IMG/VR virus record: IMGVR_UViG_3300032304_001168
Strand: one strand, 5' to 3'
Length of the DNA stretch: 64,000 nucleotides
Source: a virus
The stretch's first letter is position 1, and each line of letters starts with the position of its first letter. The notes beneath the pieces were generated by a model. It searched no databases and was not told the DNA's origin. It worked only from the letters and a program-made list of their open reading frames with translations. The translations under genes and the position numbers were made by a program. Shown here in pieces: positions 8,809 through 17,317 of this stretch.

Positions 8809-9428
8809 AATGTTGATGTTAATATTTCATTACAAAGTTGTTCAGGTATTTTACTTCTTTCATAACTTCCTTTTCTACCTTGAGTTCCAGTTTTACTTCC
8901 CCTTGGTGCTGGTTGGTGATGACATTCCGTATTACCATTCTTGCAAACAGGTCTTGGTATCCAAGTTGTACTATTTGTCCATATATCGGTGGGTTTAGCC
9001 CTTTCATCCCCATATTTGCAGTACCATAGGGTATGTCTTGTGAATTCTAACATCCAGGGCATCTTTCTTAACATACCCCTTGGATTTTCAATAAAGAAAA
9101 CCATATTTGGATTAATGGTTAACCATTGTTTTATCAATGAAATAAAATGTTGATTAACCATATCACATTTTTTGGCATATTCACTTTTGGCTTTAGTTCC
9201 GTTTCTGTGATGTGATATTGCAGCAATTGTATATGTTGTACAATCTGGTGAAGCCCAAACAATATCAGGGGTGAATGGAACATCTTCCATTGTTAATTCA
9301 CCAATATCTTTTGATAAATTTATCCCCTCATATTGTTCCCAATCAACTGAAAATACTTCCATTCCAAGTGATTCTGCGGCTTTACCAATAGAACGACTAC
9401 CAGCAAATAACTCTAAAACTTTTTTCAT
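8805..9428 (-). CDS. DNA (cytosine-5)-methyltransferase-like protein
   Basis: LFAGSRS, WASPDC, IENP. Confidence 0.8.
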   Translation of the reverse strand: MKKVLELFAGSRSIGKAAESLGMEVFSVDWEQYEGINLSKDIGELTMEDVPFTPDIVWASPDCTTYTIAAISHHRNGTKAKSEYAKKCDMVNQHFISLIKQWLTINPNMVFFIENPRGMLRKMPWMLEFTRHTLWYCKYGDERAKPTDIWTNSTTWIPRPVCKNGNTECHHQPAPRGSKTGTQGRKGSYERSKIPEQLCNEILTSTL

Positions 9429-9763
9429 TTGGGTCTATTCTCTTCATAATATTCAACAATTGCATTGATTGCCCATACAGCTCCTGATGATAAAATACCA
9501 TCAAAGAACCAACTAAACCATAGTGATGTTCCTATTAATGAAGCTGAAGGTGAATAATAAAAAATTGATAGGAAAAAACCAACCCAAGTTGATGTACACA
9601 TCATACAAGATAGTAAATCCCCAAAGAATTTTCCTAACACATTTAAAGGTAATCGTGAATTACCCCACTCTTTTATTCCATTTCTCACTCCCTGAAATAT
9701 TGACCCATAAACTAATATATTTGACATTCCGTACGCCGTTAATAACCAAATTAATATTATCAT
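9425..9763 (-). CDS. small membrane protein (DUF1360-like)
   Basis: hydrophobic, LLSCMMCTSTWVG motif. Confidence 0.65.
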   Translation of the reverse strand: MIILIWLLTAYGMSNILVYGSIFQGVRNGIKEWGNSRLPLNVLGKFFGDLLSCMMCTSTWVGFFLSIFYYSPSASLIGTSLWFSWFFDGILSSGAVWAINAIVEYYEENRPK

Positions 9764-10482
9764 ATCTTTCCTCCTTTTTTTAAATTATCTTCCGCCCATA
9801 ATGGTTGGAGATTTGTATAATGGTTTAATATTAAAATCTCTTCTTTATTTTTAGCACTACATAAAGGAATTATGTGGTCTAAATGCCATTTTCCATAATT
9901 TTCCCAACTCATACCATCAGAAAATTTACTTGAAATAAATTCTTTAAATTCGTTATAGTCAAGTCCTATTATTTCCTTAGTTTTAACTCCTTTATTCTCA
10001 CCTTTCATATAATCTCTAATTCTTTCCCTTATTCTTTTTTTCATTCTAAAAAAACCATCTTCTTTGTTTTTTTTGTTTTCCCAATCACGACTTAATTTTC
10101 TCATTTTTTCTTTATTTTTTTCCCTATACTCTTTTGATTTTTTAATTAAAATTTCTTTGTTTTTTTCATAAAATTCTTTTGAACATTTTCTAAATTTTTC
10201 TCTCCATTCCTCACTCTCTCTATATTTTTTAGTTCTTTCTTTGGAAGTCATATGAGGATTCTTATCCAAATACTTTTTTATAGTTTCTTTATATTTTTCA
10301 GGATTGTTTTTTCTATACAATTTAGAGCTTTCGTTTATTTTATCTCTATTTTTATCCCTATATATTTTTTTTCTTACCCTTTCACATTCAATACAATAAA
10401 TTGATAACCCATCTTTATTATTTTTGTTTTTACTAAACAAATTTTTATTCATAATAACATTACATTTTTTACAAGTTTTCAT
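9760..10482 (-). CDS. HNH homing endonuclease
   Basis: N-terminal CxxC..CxxC, Lys-rich helical region, MSWENYGKWHLDHIIP...NHYTNLQPLWAEDNLKK. Confidence 0.88.
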   Translation of the reverse strand: MKTCKKCNVIMNKNLFSKNKNNKDGLSIYCIECERVRKKIYRDKNRDKINESSKLYRKNNPEKYKETIKKYLDKNPHMTSKERTKKYRESEEWREKFRKCSKEFYEKNKEILIKKSKEYREKNKEKMRKLSRDWENKKNKEDGFFRMKKRIRERIRDYMKGENKGVKTKEIIGLDYNEFKEFISSKFSDGMSWENYGKWHLDHIIPLCSAKNKEEILILNHYTNLQPLWAEDNLKKGGKI

Positions 10483-10533
10483 ATTTTCTTTTTTATATAA
10501 ATATCTTGTCCAATGTGTTTTATTAGAAAAAAA

Positions 10534-10698
10534 CTAAATTAAATTGTTTTTAAGTTGTTCACTCTCTTTTGGAGTAAGAATTTTAATGTTTCTAACAAGA
10601 GTTCCATCTTCGTGGGATAAAAGTTGTGGTGCAATAATTCCTTGTTTGTATAGCCAACTTGCTATTCTAAATCCAATTTTTACTAAAATGTTTTTCAT
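10534..10698 (-). CDS. 54-aa hypothetical protein
   Basis: MKNILVKIGFRIASWLYKQG... read manually; fills the gap in the operon. Confidence 0.45.
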   Translation of the reverse strand: MKNILVKIGFRIASWLYKQGIIAPQLLSHEDGTLVRNIKILTPKESEQLKNNLI

Positions 10699-10702
10699 AA
10701 GT

Positions 10703-10987
10703 TTAATCTTTTTGTATGTTTATGTGAAATTCTCTAATCATATTATAAATTTCGTTGTCTTTGGGTACTAATATTCTCATTGGATTTTGAGTACCAACAT
10801 ATCTCAACTGATATATTTCTTCCAAATTGGAATCACTATGTAAATAGTAATCTGCAGTCTCTAAATAAAGTGATATATCATATTTAGTTACATCAAACTC
10901 AATATCATTAGTGTCAAATGTAAAGTAGTCATTTATTTTTGGTTTATCATTCCAAAAAACTTCATCAACTTTAAATAACCAAATCAT
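10703..10987 (-). CDS. hypothetical protein
   Basis: 94-aa ORF. Confidence 0.6.
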   Translation of the reverse strand: MIWLFKVDEVFWNDKPKINDYFTFDTNDIEFDVTKYDISLYLETADYYLHSDSNLEEIYQLRYVGTQNPMRILVPKDNEIYNMIREFHINIQKD

Positions 10988-10990
10988 AAT

Positions 10991-11797
10991 TTATTTTTTA
11001 TGTTTATTTAAAAATTCATTTATTTCTTGTCTTGTAACATTAATTCCTTTATGACCTAACTCTTCGATATATTTACTACCTAATTCGGATGGAATTAACA
11101 TTGAACGAAGTGCCACAGAAAAATCACCATCTTCAGCTCTTTGTTTTTCTAAAAAAAATAAGTTACTATAAGGATTAATTGTCTCTATATGGTTTGGATG
11201 AGTTAATTCTACCTCATCATTTTTTTTGATTTCAAACACCCCTCTAATCATTACACCCCTTTCACCTTTAATTTGATAATCTTGTGGTGAATCCAAAATG
11301 TTATCCAATGTTTGATGTAATTTTTTTCTTATACTTTTATATCTTTCATTTTCAGCATCCTCAATCATACTAGGACTTCCAAGACCATAAATTGCTTCGT
11401 CTTGTAATGTTTCAGGTTCAAACTCTATGATAATTTTCTTTTTTAATGTCAATGTTGATGGGTCAACTATTGCAGGAGTGATTGATGCACCATCTTTAAC
11501 CAAATCATTAATTTTATTTGGGTCAAACATTTCAGGTGTTAAAAAAATTGAGTGGAGATAACATTTACCTTTAAAAGATGTGTTGTCATCTACTTTAAAA
11601 GTTTGAGTCATCTTTGTTTTCCCATTTTCATCTTGAAACACTGGTTCTTTTATGATAATTAATTCATCACAATTTTGCAATTCCTCACATTCTTTTAATA
11701 AATCAATCATTACTGATAATTCATCTCCTCTGATAATTTCATCAGATAATTCATTTCCTTTGATAATTTTATTCTTAATTAATTCTTTTAATTTCAT
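10991..11797 (-). CDS. hypothetical protein
   Basis: 268-aa ORF. Confidence 0.75.
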   Translation of the reverse strand: MKLKELIKNKIIKGNELSDEIIRGDELSVMIDLLKECEELQNCDELIIIKEPVFQDENGKTKMTQTFKVDDNTSFKGKCYLHSIFLTPEMFDPNKINDLVKDGASITPAIVDPSTLTLKKKIIIEFEPETLQDEAIYGLGSPSMIEDAENERYKSIRKKLHQTLDNILDSPQDYQIKGERGVMIRGVFEIKKNDEVELTHPNHIETINPYSNLFFLEKQRAEDGDFSVALRSMLIPSELGSKYIEELGHKGINVTRQEINEFLNKHKK

Positions 11798-11798
11798 A

Positions 11799-12089
11799 TT
11801 AAAATTTATTTTCTTTTATTGAGTTTATACCCTCCTCCAAAATATGACAAATTTTTTTTAAATTGTCAATAGTGAAGTCAGTTAAATTAAACCACTCCCT
11901 CTCAATATTATGTTGTTTGAATCTAAAATGTAAGGCTTTTTCTAGTTGGGTGGGGTACTTCGACTCAAATTCAAGAATAACACTTAAATTTGGTGAATTC
12001 AACTCTTTTAACCTCTTTTGTACATCTCTTTTTGTGTACCCTATTTTAACTTGGTCAGAATTGTCTTTGACAAAGTAAACAAATCCCAC
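11799..12089 (-). CDS. T5orf172/GIY-YIG-family nuclease domain protein
   Basis: GFVYFV..VKIGYT..VQKRLKEL..LEKALH..EWFNL; GTG start. Confidence 0.85.
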   Translation of the reverse strand: MGFVYFVKDNSDQVKIGYTKRDVQKRLKELNSPNLSVILEFESKYPTQLEKALHFRFKQHNIEREWFNLTDFTIDNLKKICHILEEGINSIKENKF

Positions 12090-12116
12090 TATCTTTTTTA
12101 GTTAAAAATAGTGGGA
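12084..12116 (-). promoter_or_regulatory. hairpin sequestering the GTG start of the T5orf172 gene
   Basis: TCCCACTAT (12084-12092) and ATAGTGGGA (12108-12116) form a perfect 9-bp inverted repeat. Confidence 0.6.
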
Positions 12117-12144
12117 CTTTGTAAAAGTTAAATGTTAAAAAACT

Positions 12145-12546
12145 TTATAAGAATTTTGGATTAGTTCCAATATAATTACCATCATCATCTAAATCTTCAA
12201 ATGGTGGTAATTCAATATCAACATATCCAACTTCTTTATAATTTATTTCACCATCTTCATCAACACTCGCCAAACCAAGTGTTATTAGATTTTCATATTC
12301 CAAATTACTGAGTGGAATATCATAATCACCAATCATTGACCACATTTCATTGGCAATATCAATGTTTTCTTGAACTGGATTGTTTGCCAACACTTCAAAT
12401 ATTCTTTCAAATATTTCTGTACCACTTCTATCTGCCATATTATATATTATCTTTTTTATAGGTTTCATTGTAATAGGTTTCACTTTCTGTAAACATTGAA
12501 TTAGGATAATAATAATCTTCACTATTAACACCAGCATTAAAAGCAT
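12145..12546 (-). CDS. acidic hypothetical protein (true start probably MADRSG near 12438)
   Basis: ORF track; upstream part overlaps the neighbouring gene. Confidence 0.6.
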   Translation of the reverse strand: MLLMLVLIVKIIIILIQCLQKVKPITMKPIKKIIYNMADRSGTEIFERIFEVLANNPVQENIDIANEMWSMIGDYDIPLSNLEYENLITLGLASVDEDGEINYKEVGYVDIELPPFEDLDDDGNYIGTNPKFL

Positions 12547-12673
12547 TTTCTATCTGCTGTTTTTCAAGTTCAAGAGCTTGTTGAAATTTACCGTGCAATT
12601 CAATAGATACACCAAATGGAATATATTTACCTAAATCGGGTATGTTTTCAGTTAACCATTCTACTGCTGTCAT
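12440..12673 (-). CDS. hypothetical phage protein
   Basis: MTAVEWL...ELEKQQIENAFNAG...YYNETY. Confidence 0.7.
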   Translation of the reverse strand: MTAVEWLTENIPDLGKYIPFGVSIELHGKFQQALELEKQQIENAFNAGVNSEDYYYPNSMFTESETYYNETYKKDNI

Positions 12674-13170
12674 AAGTTATTTTTTAAATTTGAACCCTTC
12701 ATAAATACAGCACCAGTATTGGATACCAATTTTTCAAGTTGTTCAATCTTGTTATTTAATTCAATTATTGTTTTATCTTTCTCCCCAATCTCTTTTCTGA
12801 GTTTCATTAATGTCTCTTGTAACATTCCCATCTTATCATTTGGTTTCTCAACTTGTACAATTTTTTCCACTATCTTCTCAACTTCAATAGGAACTTGCAC
12901 AATTTTTTCTACTATAACCTCATTTGTGGAAAATATTTTCTGCTCAACTACCACTTCTTTTATTACCTCAACAATGACTTCCTTTTCAATGTATTCGATA
13001 ACTCTCTCATTATTTTCTCCTATTAATCCATATTTTTTTATATCAAATCCTTGTTTGAAACATTGTTGGAAAAATATCTCAACATCTTCAATATTGTTTA
13101 ACTTACAATAATCAGTTAAATCTTTTTGATTTTGTTTGTTAAGCGTTAGTGAGTTTTTCTTTTCCATCAA
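12670..13170 (-). CDS. coiled-coil protein with EKIV(E/Q)V repeats
   Basis: VEKIVQVPIEVEKIVEKIVQVEK. Confidence 0.7.
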   Translation of the reverse strand: MMEKKNSLTLNKQNQKDLTDYCKLNNIEDVEIFFQQCFKQGFDIKKYGLIGENNERVIEYIEKEVIVEVIKEVVVEQKIFSTNEVIVEKIVQVPIEVEKIVEKIVQVEKPNDKMGMLQETLMKLRKEIGEKDKTIIELNNKIEQLEKLVSNTGAVFMKGSNLKNNL

Positions 13171-13366
13171 TTATATCTTCAAATGAATTTATTGCAAATT
13201 TAAGAAAAGGTTTTGGATTATCCAAATCAACAAATGAATATTCATCCTTAACCACATCATAAATTCCAAATCCGTGATTCTTAATTGACTCCCCATAGTT
13301 CTGTTGGATTGTTGAACCCACTTGAATTATTGGTATTTTTCTTTTTATTTTAATTTTTCTATCCAC
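13139..13366 (-). CDS. Mre11/SbcD/gp47-like nuclease, C-terminal fragment
   Basis: IIQVGSTIQQNYGE..HGFGIYD matches the GS-x-QQ-x-GE segment that follows GDIH in this family. Confidence 0.8.
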   Translation of the reverse strand: MDRKIKIKRKIPIIQVGSTIQQNYGESIKNHGFGIYDVVKDEYSFVDLDNPKPFLKFAINSFEDIIDGKEKLTNA

Positions 13367-14211
13367 TCTGTTATGTTTTTATATTTTTTTTGATTTTTGG
13401 GTAAGAAAAAATTCATTTCATATTTTAAATTATTTTCTTTACAAAATTTTATAGTTTCTTGTATTTGGGCTTTAATTCTTTCCTCTTCTAATATGAGTCC
13501 TTTAATTTCTTCTAATACTTTTTTTCCATCCTTGTACAAAATTAAAAAATCAGGTAAATAATTTCTTTTTAATCCTCCAAAATCATATTTGATAGATATT
13601 TTGTGTTTTTTTGTCCAAAATATAACTTTTTCATCCTCATTAAGTTCTATCATTCTTTTTTGCTCCCAAGATGAATGGTAAAATTCATTTTCATTTGTTG
13701 TAGTGTTTAATATAAACCCTCTTTTATGATTACCATTTCTTTCATTTTCACTTTCTTTTATTAATCTTTCAATATTTTTTAAAGAAATATTTTCCCTAAA
13801 TTCTTTAGTATGCCAATCCATAGAACCATTAGATAATCGGTGTCTGTCAAAAAAAATTAAATGTTTCTCTAATCTTTCTTTTTTTCTCCAACTATCTTTA
13901 ACTTTTTCTTTTATCTTTTTTTTAGCATCATCAGTATGTTTAAACATGCCAGGTTTCCTATTACCAAAATTACCATTTTTTTCCCCTAATTGTGAGAATT
14001 TTTGCCACTCAACTTGACACAATCTACTACAAAATTTTTTTTTGGAGTTAGGTAATTTTATAAAATTATTTGTACATCCACTAAATTCACAATTTACTTC
14101 AATTTTGATTTGTTTCTTTTCACATTGACCACAAATTTTAGAGCAATATTTTTGTTTTTCCCTTCTAGGTTTGAAATCTAAATTACAACAATCGCATTTT
14201 TTATTTTCCAT
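13345..14211 (-). CDS. homing endonuclease (Cys-rich Zn motifs, NUMOD3-like, TnsA-N/PD-(D/E)XK-like C-terminus)
   Basis: GEKNGNFG..KHTDDAKKKI; YHSSWE...YLPDFLI...EEIKG; likely start MENKKC at 14211 (ORF track 14247). Confidence 0.8.
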   Translation of the reverse strand: MENKKCDCCNLDFKPRREKQKYCSKICGQCEKKQIKIEVNCEFSGCTNNFIKLPNSKKKFCSRLCQVEWQKFSQLGEKNGNFGNRKPGMFKHTDDAKKKIKEKVKDSWRKKERLEKHLIFFDRHRLSNGSMDWHTKEFRENISLKNIERLIKESENERNGNHKRGFILNTTTNENEFYHSSWEQKRMIELNEDEKVIFWTKKHKISIKYDFGGLKRNYLPDFLILYKDGKKVLEEIKGLILEEERIKAQIQETIKFCKENNLKYEMNFFLPKNQKKYKNITEWIEKLK

Positions 14212-14253
14212 ATTTATATTTTTAAGTATAAATATAAATATCACCAAAAAACA

Positions 14254-14898
14254 CTAAATCACAATTTCCCAACCTTTTTTCAAATAAAAATCTAAATCTT
14301 TTTCATCAATTTCTATTTCTCTTTCTAAATAAATTGTTTGTCTGCGATGTATATCCCCACATAGAACGATATCACATCCCTCAAATTTACTCACCTCATA
14401 TCCTGTTTCAAACTTATATCCAATGTCTGTATATAACCCTATAATAGGTCCGTGAAACAATCCAATTTTAAGGTTATTAGATTTCTCAATTGTTGGGGGA
14501 ATATTGTGTTCAAATAAAGAATATACAACCCAATCAATATTCTCATCAACATATACACCTCTATCTTTGTAATAGACAATGTTATCATTATTCATTGATT
14601 CAATGATGGGGGTTAATGTATCCAATCTTGATAAATTGTTCTCAAGCATATCATGATTTCCAACAATGATTATTGTTTTTGCAATCTTGGAACATTTATC
14701 TAATGTCCATCTAACCATTTCAATAAGTTCTGGGCTGACTTGGTTTTTACTATGGACTAGGTCGCCACTGAATACCAGTCTATCAGGTTTAATCTCTTTG
14801 AATTGATTAAACATATCAATCAATATTGATTTGTATAAATCGTGGTCTTTTATTAATCTCAAATGTAAATCAGAGAAGTGACAGATTGTTTTTATCAT
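14254..14898 (-). CDS. Mre11/SbcD/gp47-like metallophosphoesterase nuclease, N-terminal fragment
   Basis: motifs HFSDLH, GDLVH, GNHD, FHG, GDIH. Confidence 0.9.
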   Translation of the reverse strand: MIKTICHFSDLHLRLIKDHDLYKSILIDMFNQFKEIKPDRLVFSGDLVHSKNQVSPELIEMVRWTLDKCSKIAKTIIIVGNHDMLENNLSRLDTLTPIIESMNNDNIVYYKDRGVYVDENIDWVVYSLFEHNIPPTIEKSNNLKIGLFHGPIIGLYTDIGYKFETGYEVSKFEGCDIVLCGDIHRRQTIYLEREIEIDEKDLDFYLKKGWEIVI

Positions 14899-14915
14899 TT
14901 CAGTTTTTGTTTTGA
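14866..14915. repeat. 50-bp direct repeat, copy 1 (mre11 5' end); copy 2 at 15085-15134
   Basis: identical TAAATCAGAGAAGTGACAGATTG...CAGTTTTTGTTTTGA. Confidence 0.9.
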
Positions 14916-15044
14916 TTTAATAATATTCACCAATTCTTCTTTTATTTCGTTTTGAATATCCTCATCAATATTTCCCCACCAACCATCAAAACCACCTCTA
15001 TCACATAGAGCATCAATAATTTCATTTACAATTTCTTTTTCCAT
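14895..15044 (-). CDS. 49-aa hypothetical protein
   Basis: MEKEIVNEIIDALCDRGGFDGWWGNIDEDIQ...; stop overlaps the mre11 ATG (ATGA). Confidence 0.65.
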   Translation of the reverse strand: MEKEIVNEIIDALCDRGGFDGWWGNIDEDIQNEIKEELVNIIKSKQKLK

Positions 15045-15054
15045 TTTATTTATT

Positions 15055-15086
15055 TTTTTCTTCCATCAAATACAACAATCATACTA
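15055..15086. repeat. 32-bp direct repeat of the Dam-like methyltransferase 3' end; other copy at 18235-18266
   Basis: identical TTTTTCTTCCATCAAATACAACAATCATACTA. Confidence 0.9.
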
Positions 15087-15231
15087 AATCAGAGAAGTGA
15101 CAGATTGTTTTTATCATTTCAGTTTTTGTTTTGAATTTCGTAATAGTTTCCCATTTTTACCTCTTAAATCATTGATTATTTGAGGTTTTAAAATAGGTGT
15201 TGATATATTATAGTTATACTCAATTAAAAAA

Positions 15232-15378
15232 TTATTTTGAGTTATATAATATATTCCATTCAGTATATGTATTTGATAATAATTCTTCTATTGTAATCCC
15301 AAATCTTATACAATCACCTAAACATATTTTGTAAAAATTCACACTTCTTTCGTTTATTATATATTCTGAAAATGTCAT
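15232..15378 (-). CDS. 48-aa hypothetical protein (cassette 15213-15423)
   Basis: MTFSEYIINERSVNFYKICLGDC...NSK*; flanked by GTTATACTCAATTAAAAAATTATTTT / AAAATAATTTTTTAACTAAGTATAAC. Confidence 0.5.
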   Translation of the reverse strand: MTFSEYIINERSVNFYKICLGDCIRFGITIEELLSNTYTEWNILYNSK

Positions 15379-15420
15379 ATTTGTATTTTTAATTTGTAAA
15401 ATAATTTTTTAACTAAGTAT

Positions 15421-15466
15421 AACAAAGTGTAAAAAACATTAAAACTATTTTTTACACTCAACCGTT
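15421..15466. repeat. attC-like site (short loop)
   Basis: AAC-AA-AGTGTAAAAAA..CATTAAAACTA..TTTTTTACACT-CAACC-GTT. Confidence 0.75.
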
Positions 15467-15474
15467 ATGTGTAA

Positions 15475-15792
15475 TTAAACAGAGAAACCCTCGTTAATCA
15501 AATATTTTGTTATTGAATGATGGTTGCTCAATGGTCTGTGTTCAATTGAAATATGTCCTTTGTTGTTTTTCCAAGTCCAAGTATGGTCAACTTCTAATTC
15601 TGAATTTACAGATAAACCATATTCAATTGTATGATAGTTATCAGATACAACACAATCTTCTACTTTAAATACAGCAATAATAAAATCTTTTTCAGGTGTC
15701 CATTCAACTTTACCAGCATTACAAGGTTTTCCGATAATCAAAGAGTATATCTGATTAATGTTTTCTATTGTTAAATCTTTTATCGTTTTCAT
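15475..15792 (-). CDS. hypothetical protein (cassette 15464-15823)
   Basis: likely start MKTIKDLT at 15792; arms GTTATGTGTA / TACACATAAC. Confidence 0.7.
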   Translation of the reverse strand: MKTIKDLTIENINQIYSLIIGKPCNAGKVEWTPEKDFIIAVFKVEDCVVSDNYHTIEYGLSVNSELEVDHTWTWKNNKGHISIEHRPLSNHHSITKYLINEGFSV

Positions 15793-15820
15793 AAATTTTT
15801 CGTTTAAATTAACTACACAT

Positions 15821-15906
15821 AACAAGGTGTATATGTAATTTTTTTACAAAGGTACGAATAAGTTTTGACATTTCCAAATAAAAAACTACATATACACCCA
15901 TACGTT
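15821..15906. repeat. attC-like site with a promoter in its loop; near-identical to 16522-16606
   Basis: AAC-AA-GGTGTATATGTAATTTTTT...AAAAAACTACATATACACC-CATAC-GTT. Confidence 0.8.
15847..15878 (-). promoter_or_regulatory. Bacteroidota primary-sigma promoter (-33 TTTG / -7 TAnnTTTG)
   Basis: minus strand TTTG-N20-TACCTTTG pointing into the cassette gene. Confidence 0.75.
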
Positions 15907-15922
15907 ATAAGCAATATTATTT

Positions 15923-16165
15923 TTATTTTGAGTATCTATTTTTAAAATCCTCAAATGCTTCTAAAATTGTGTTTCCCACACCATAGTTCACATGTTCCCA
16001 TTCTTCTTTCATAAAGTGATGTGGGTCATATTGCCACTCTTCGTTTCCTTCAAGTGAGTTTACACAATCAGCATCACAACATGTTTCTACAATAGCAAAT
16101 TTACCGTGTCTCATGTGAACTATGGTCATTGGGTAAATGTCTTCAATTTTGTTTATATTCTTCAT
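15923..16165 (-). CDS. hypothetical protein (cassette 15904-16214)
   Basis: arms GTTATAAGCAATATTATTTTTATTTT / AAAATAAAAATAATACAGCTTATAAC. Confidence 0.7.
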   Translation of the reverse strand: MKNINKIEDIYPMTIVHMRHGKFAIVETCCDADCVNSLEGNEEWQYDPHHFMKEEWEHVNYGVGNTILEAFEDFKNRYSK

Positions 16166-16211
16166 AATTTTAAGTTTTTTAAATCGGTAAAATAAAAATA
16201 ATACAGCTTAT

Positions 16212-16257
16212 AACAACAAATATATTGCATTAAAACGACAATATATTTGCAACCGTT
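16212..16257. repeat. attC-like site (short loop)
   Basis: AAC-AA-CAAATATATTG-CATTAAAACGA-CAATATATTTG-CAACC-GTT. Confidence 0.8.
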
Positions 16258-16278
16258 ATGTGTAATAAAAAATAACTA

Positions 16279-16482
16279 TCAAACCTCGTTTCCATCATCA
16301 AAGATTGTAAAACACGATTTGTCTGATAAAGTCACCTTATATCCAACATATCCACCATCTGCAAAAATGTGCAAGTCTGTTATCCATTCATCAGTTGCAC
16401 CTTTTTCATCTAATTTGCTTTGTATTTTCACTCTTGCTGCATCGTGTTTTACAAAGTCTAATGTTATTCTATTTGCCCACAT
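16279..16482 (-). CDS. hypothetical protein (cassette 16255-16524)
   Basis: arms GTTATGTGTAATAAAAAATAACT / AGTTATTTTTTACATACACATAAC. Confidence 0.7.
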   Translation of the reverse strand: MWANRITLDFVKHDAARVKIQSKLDEKGATDEWITDLHIFADGGYVGYKVTLSDKSCFTIFDDGNEV

Positions 16483-16521
16483 ATTATTAAGTTTAGTTTA
16501 AGTTATTTTTTACATACACAT

Positions 16522-16606
16522 AACAAGGTGTATATGTAATTTTTTACAAAAGTACGAATAAGTTTTGACATTTCCAAATAAAAAACTACATATACACCCA
16601 ACCGTT
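16522..16606. repeat. attC-like site with a promoter in its loop
   Basis: near-identical to 15821-15906; minus-strand TTTG-N20-TACTTTTG at 16547-16578. Confidence 0.8.
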
Positions 16607-16634
16607 AGCACCAATACTACGAAAGTGCTTCGAT

Positions 16635-17252
16635 TTAAATTTCGTTTGGATTTTCATAGATTATTACTGGGATTTTTTTAATTTTTAATCTTTTTGCAGC
16701 TTCCCATCTATGATGTCCATCTAATATACCAAAATCATAATCAAGTAATATTGGTGGTAATTCATCACCATTTTTTAATTTCTTAATTATGTTCAATATA
16801 TTTTGTTCTTCTTGTTTTTCAGTTCCATATATTCTCGAATCATTGGTATCAATATATTTCAATTTACTCAAATATCTCCCAATCTCAATACCTCTCGTAT
16901 CACTCCACAAATATTTTTGTTTATTAACCAAATCTGTGTCAGTATTATACACCAAATCTGGTTTCTTTTCTTTTGGTTGTTTTAATTTTGGTTCAATTTT
17001 TATACCTTTTTTGGTTTCAACAAAATTGAAAAGATTTATAATATCACTTGGATTATCTTCACCAAATATTTTGCTAAATTGTTTATTATTATGCTCAACG
17101 GCACGATTCACATCATTGTATGCAGTCTCCAAATCTTTATAGTATCTATCTTTAAAAGATGAATACCACCCATACATTTTTTTTACATCTAAATCTTGGC
17201 TTTCATTAAGATATTCTCTTATTGTAGTTGCTATAAATTTTCTCAATTCCAT
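16635..17252 (-). CDS. ParB/Srx-like domain protein (cassette 16604-17320)
   Basis: LPPILLD..GILDGHHRWEAAKRLKIKKIPVII; N-terminal MELRKFIATTIREYLNE; arms GTTAGCACCA / TGGTGCTAAC. Confidence 0.8.
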   Translation of the reverse strand: MELRKFIATTIREYLNESQDLDVKKMYGWYSSFKDRYYKDLETAYNDVNRAVEHNNKQFSKIFGEDNPSDIINLFNFVETKKGIKIEPKLKQPKEKKPDLVYNTDTDLVNKQKYLWSDTRGIEIGRYLSKLKYIDTNDSRIYGTEKQEEQNILNIIKKLKNGDELPPILLDYDFGILDGHHRWEAAKRLKIKKIPVIIYENPNEI

Positions 17253-17317
17253 GTTCTTTTACTTTATATATAAATATTCCAAAATTAAATTTTTGCTAAA
17301 CAAACCGTACTGGTGCT

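Noticed and set aside
13345-14253. Group I intron or intein in mre11
   Set aside because: No non-coding flanks long enough for a ribozyme core, no Cys/Ser...His-Asn intein ends, and the N-half has its own stop codon.
15114-15378. Frameshifted pseudogene running from 15378 into the duplicated mre11 start
   Set aside because: The 48-aa ORF stops inside its own cassette arm like other cassette genes, so no frameshift is needed. The open frame to its left is more likely remnant sequence.
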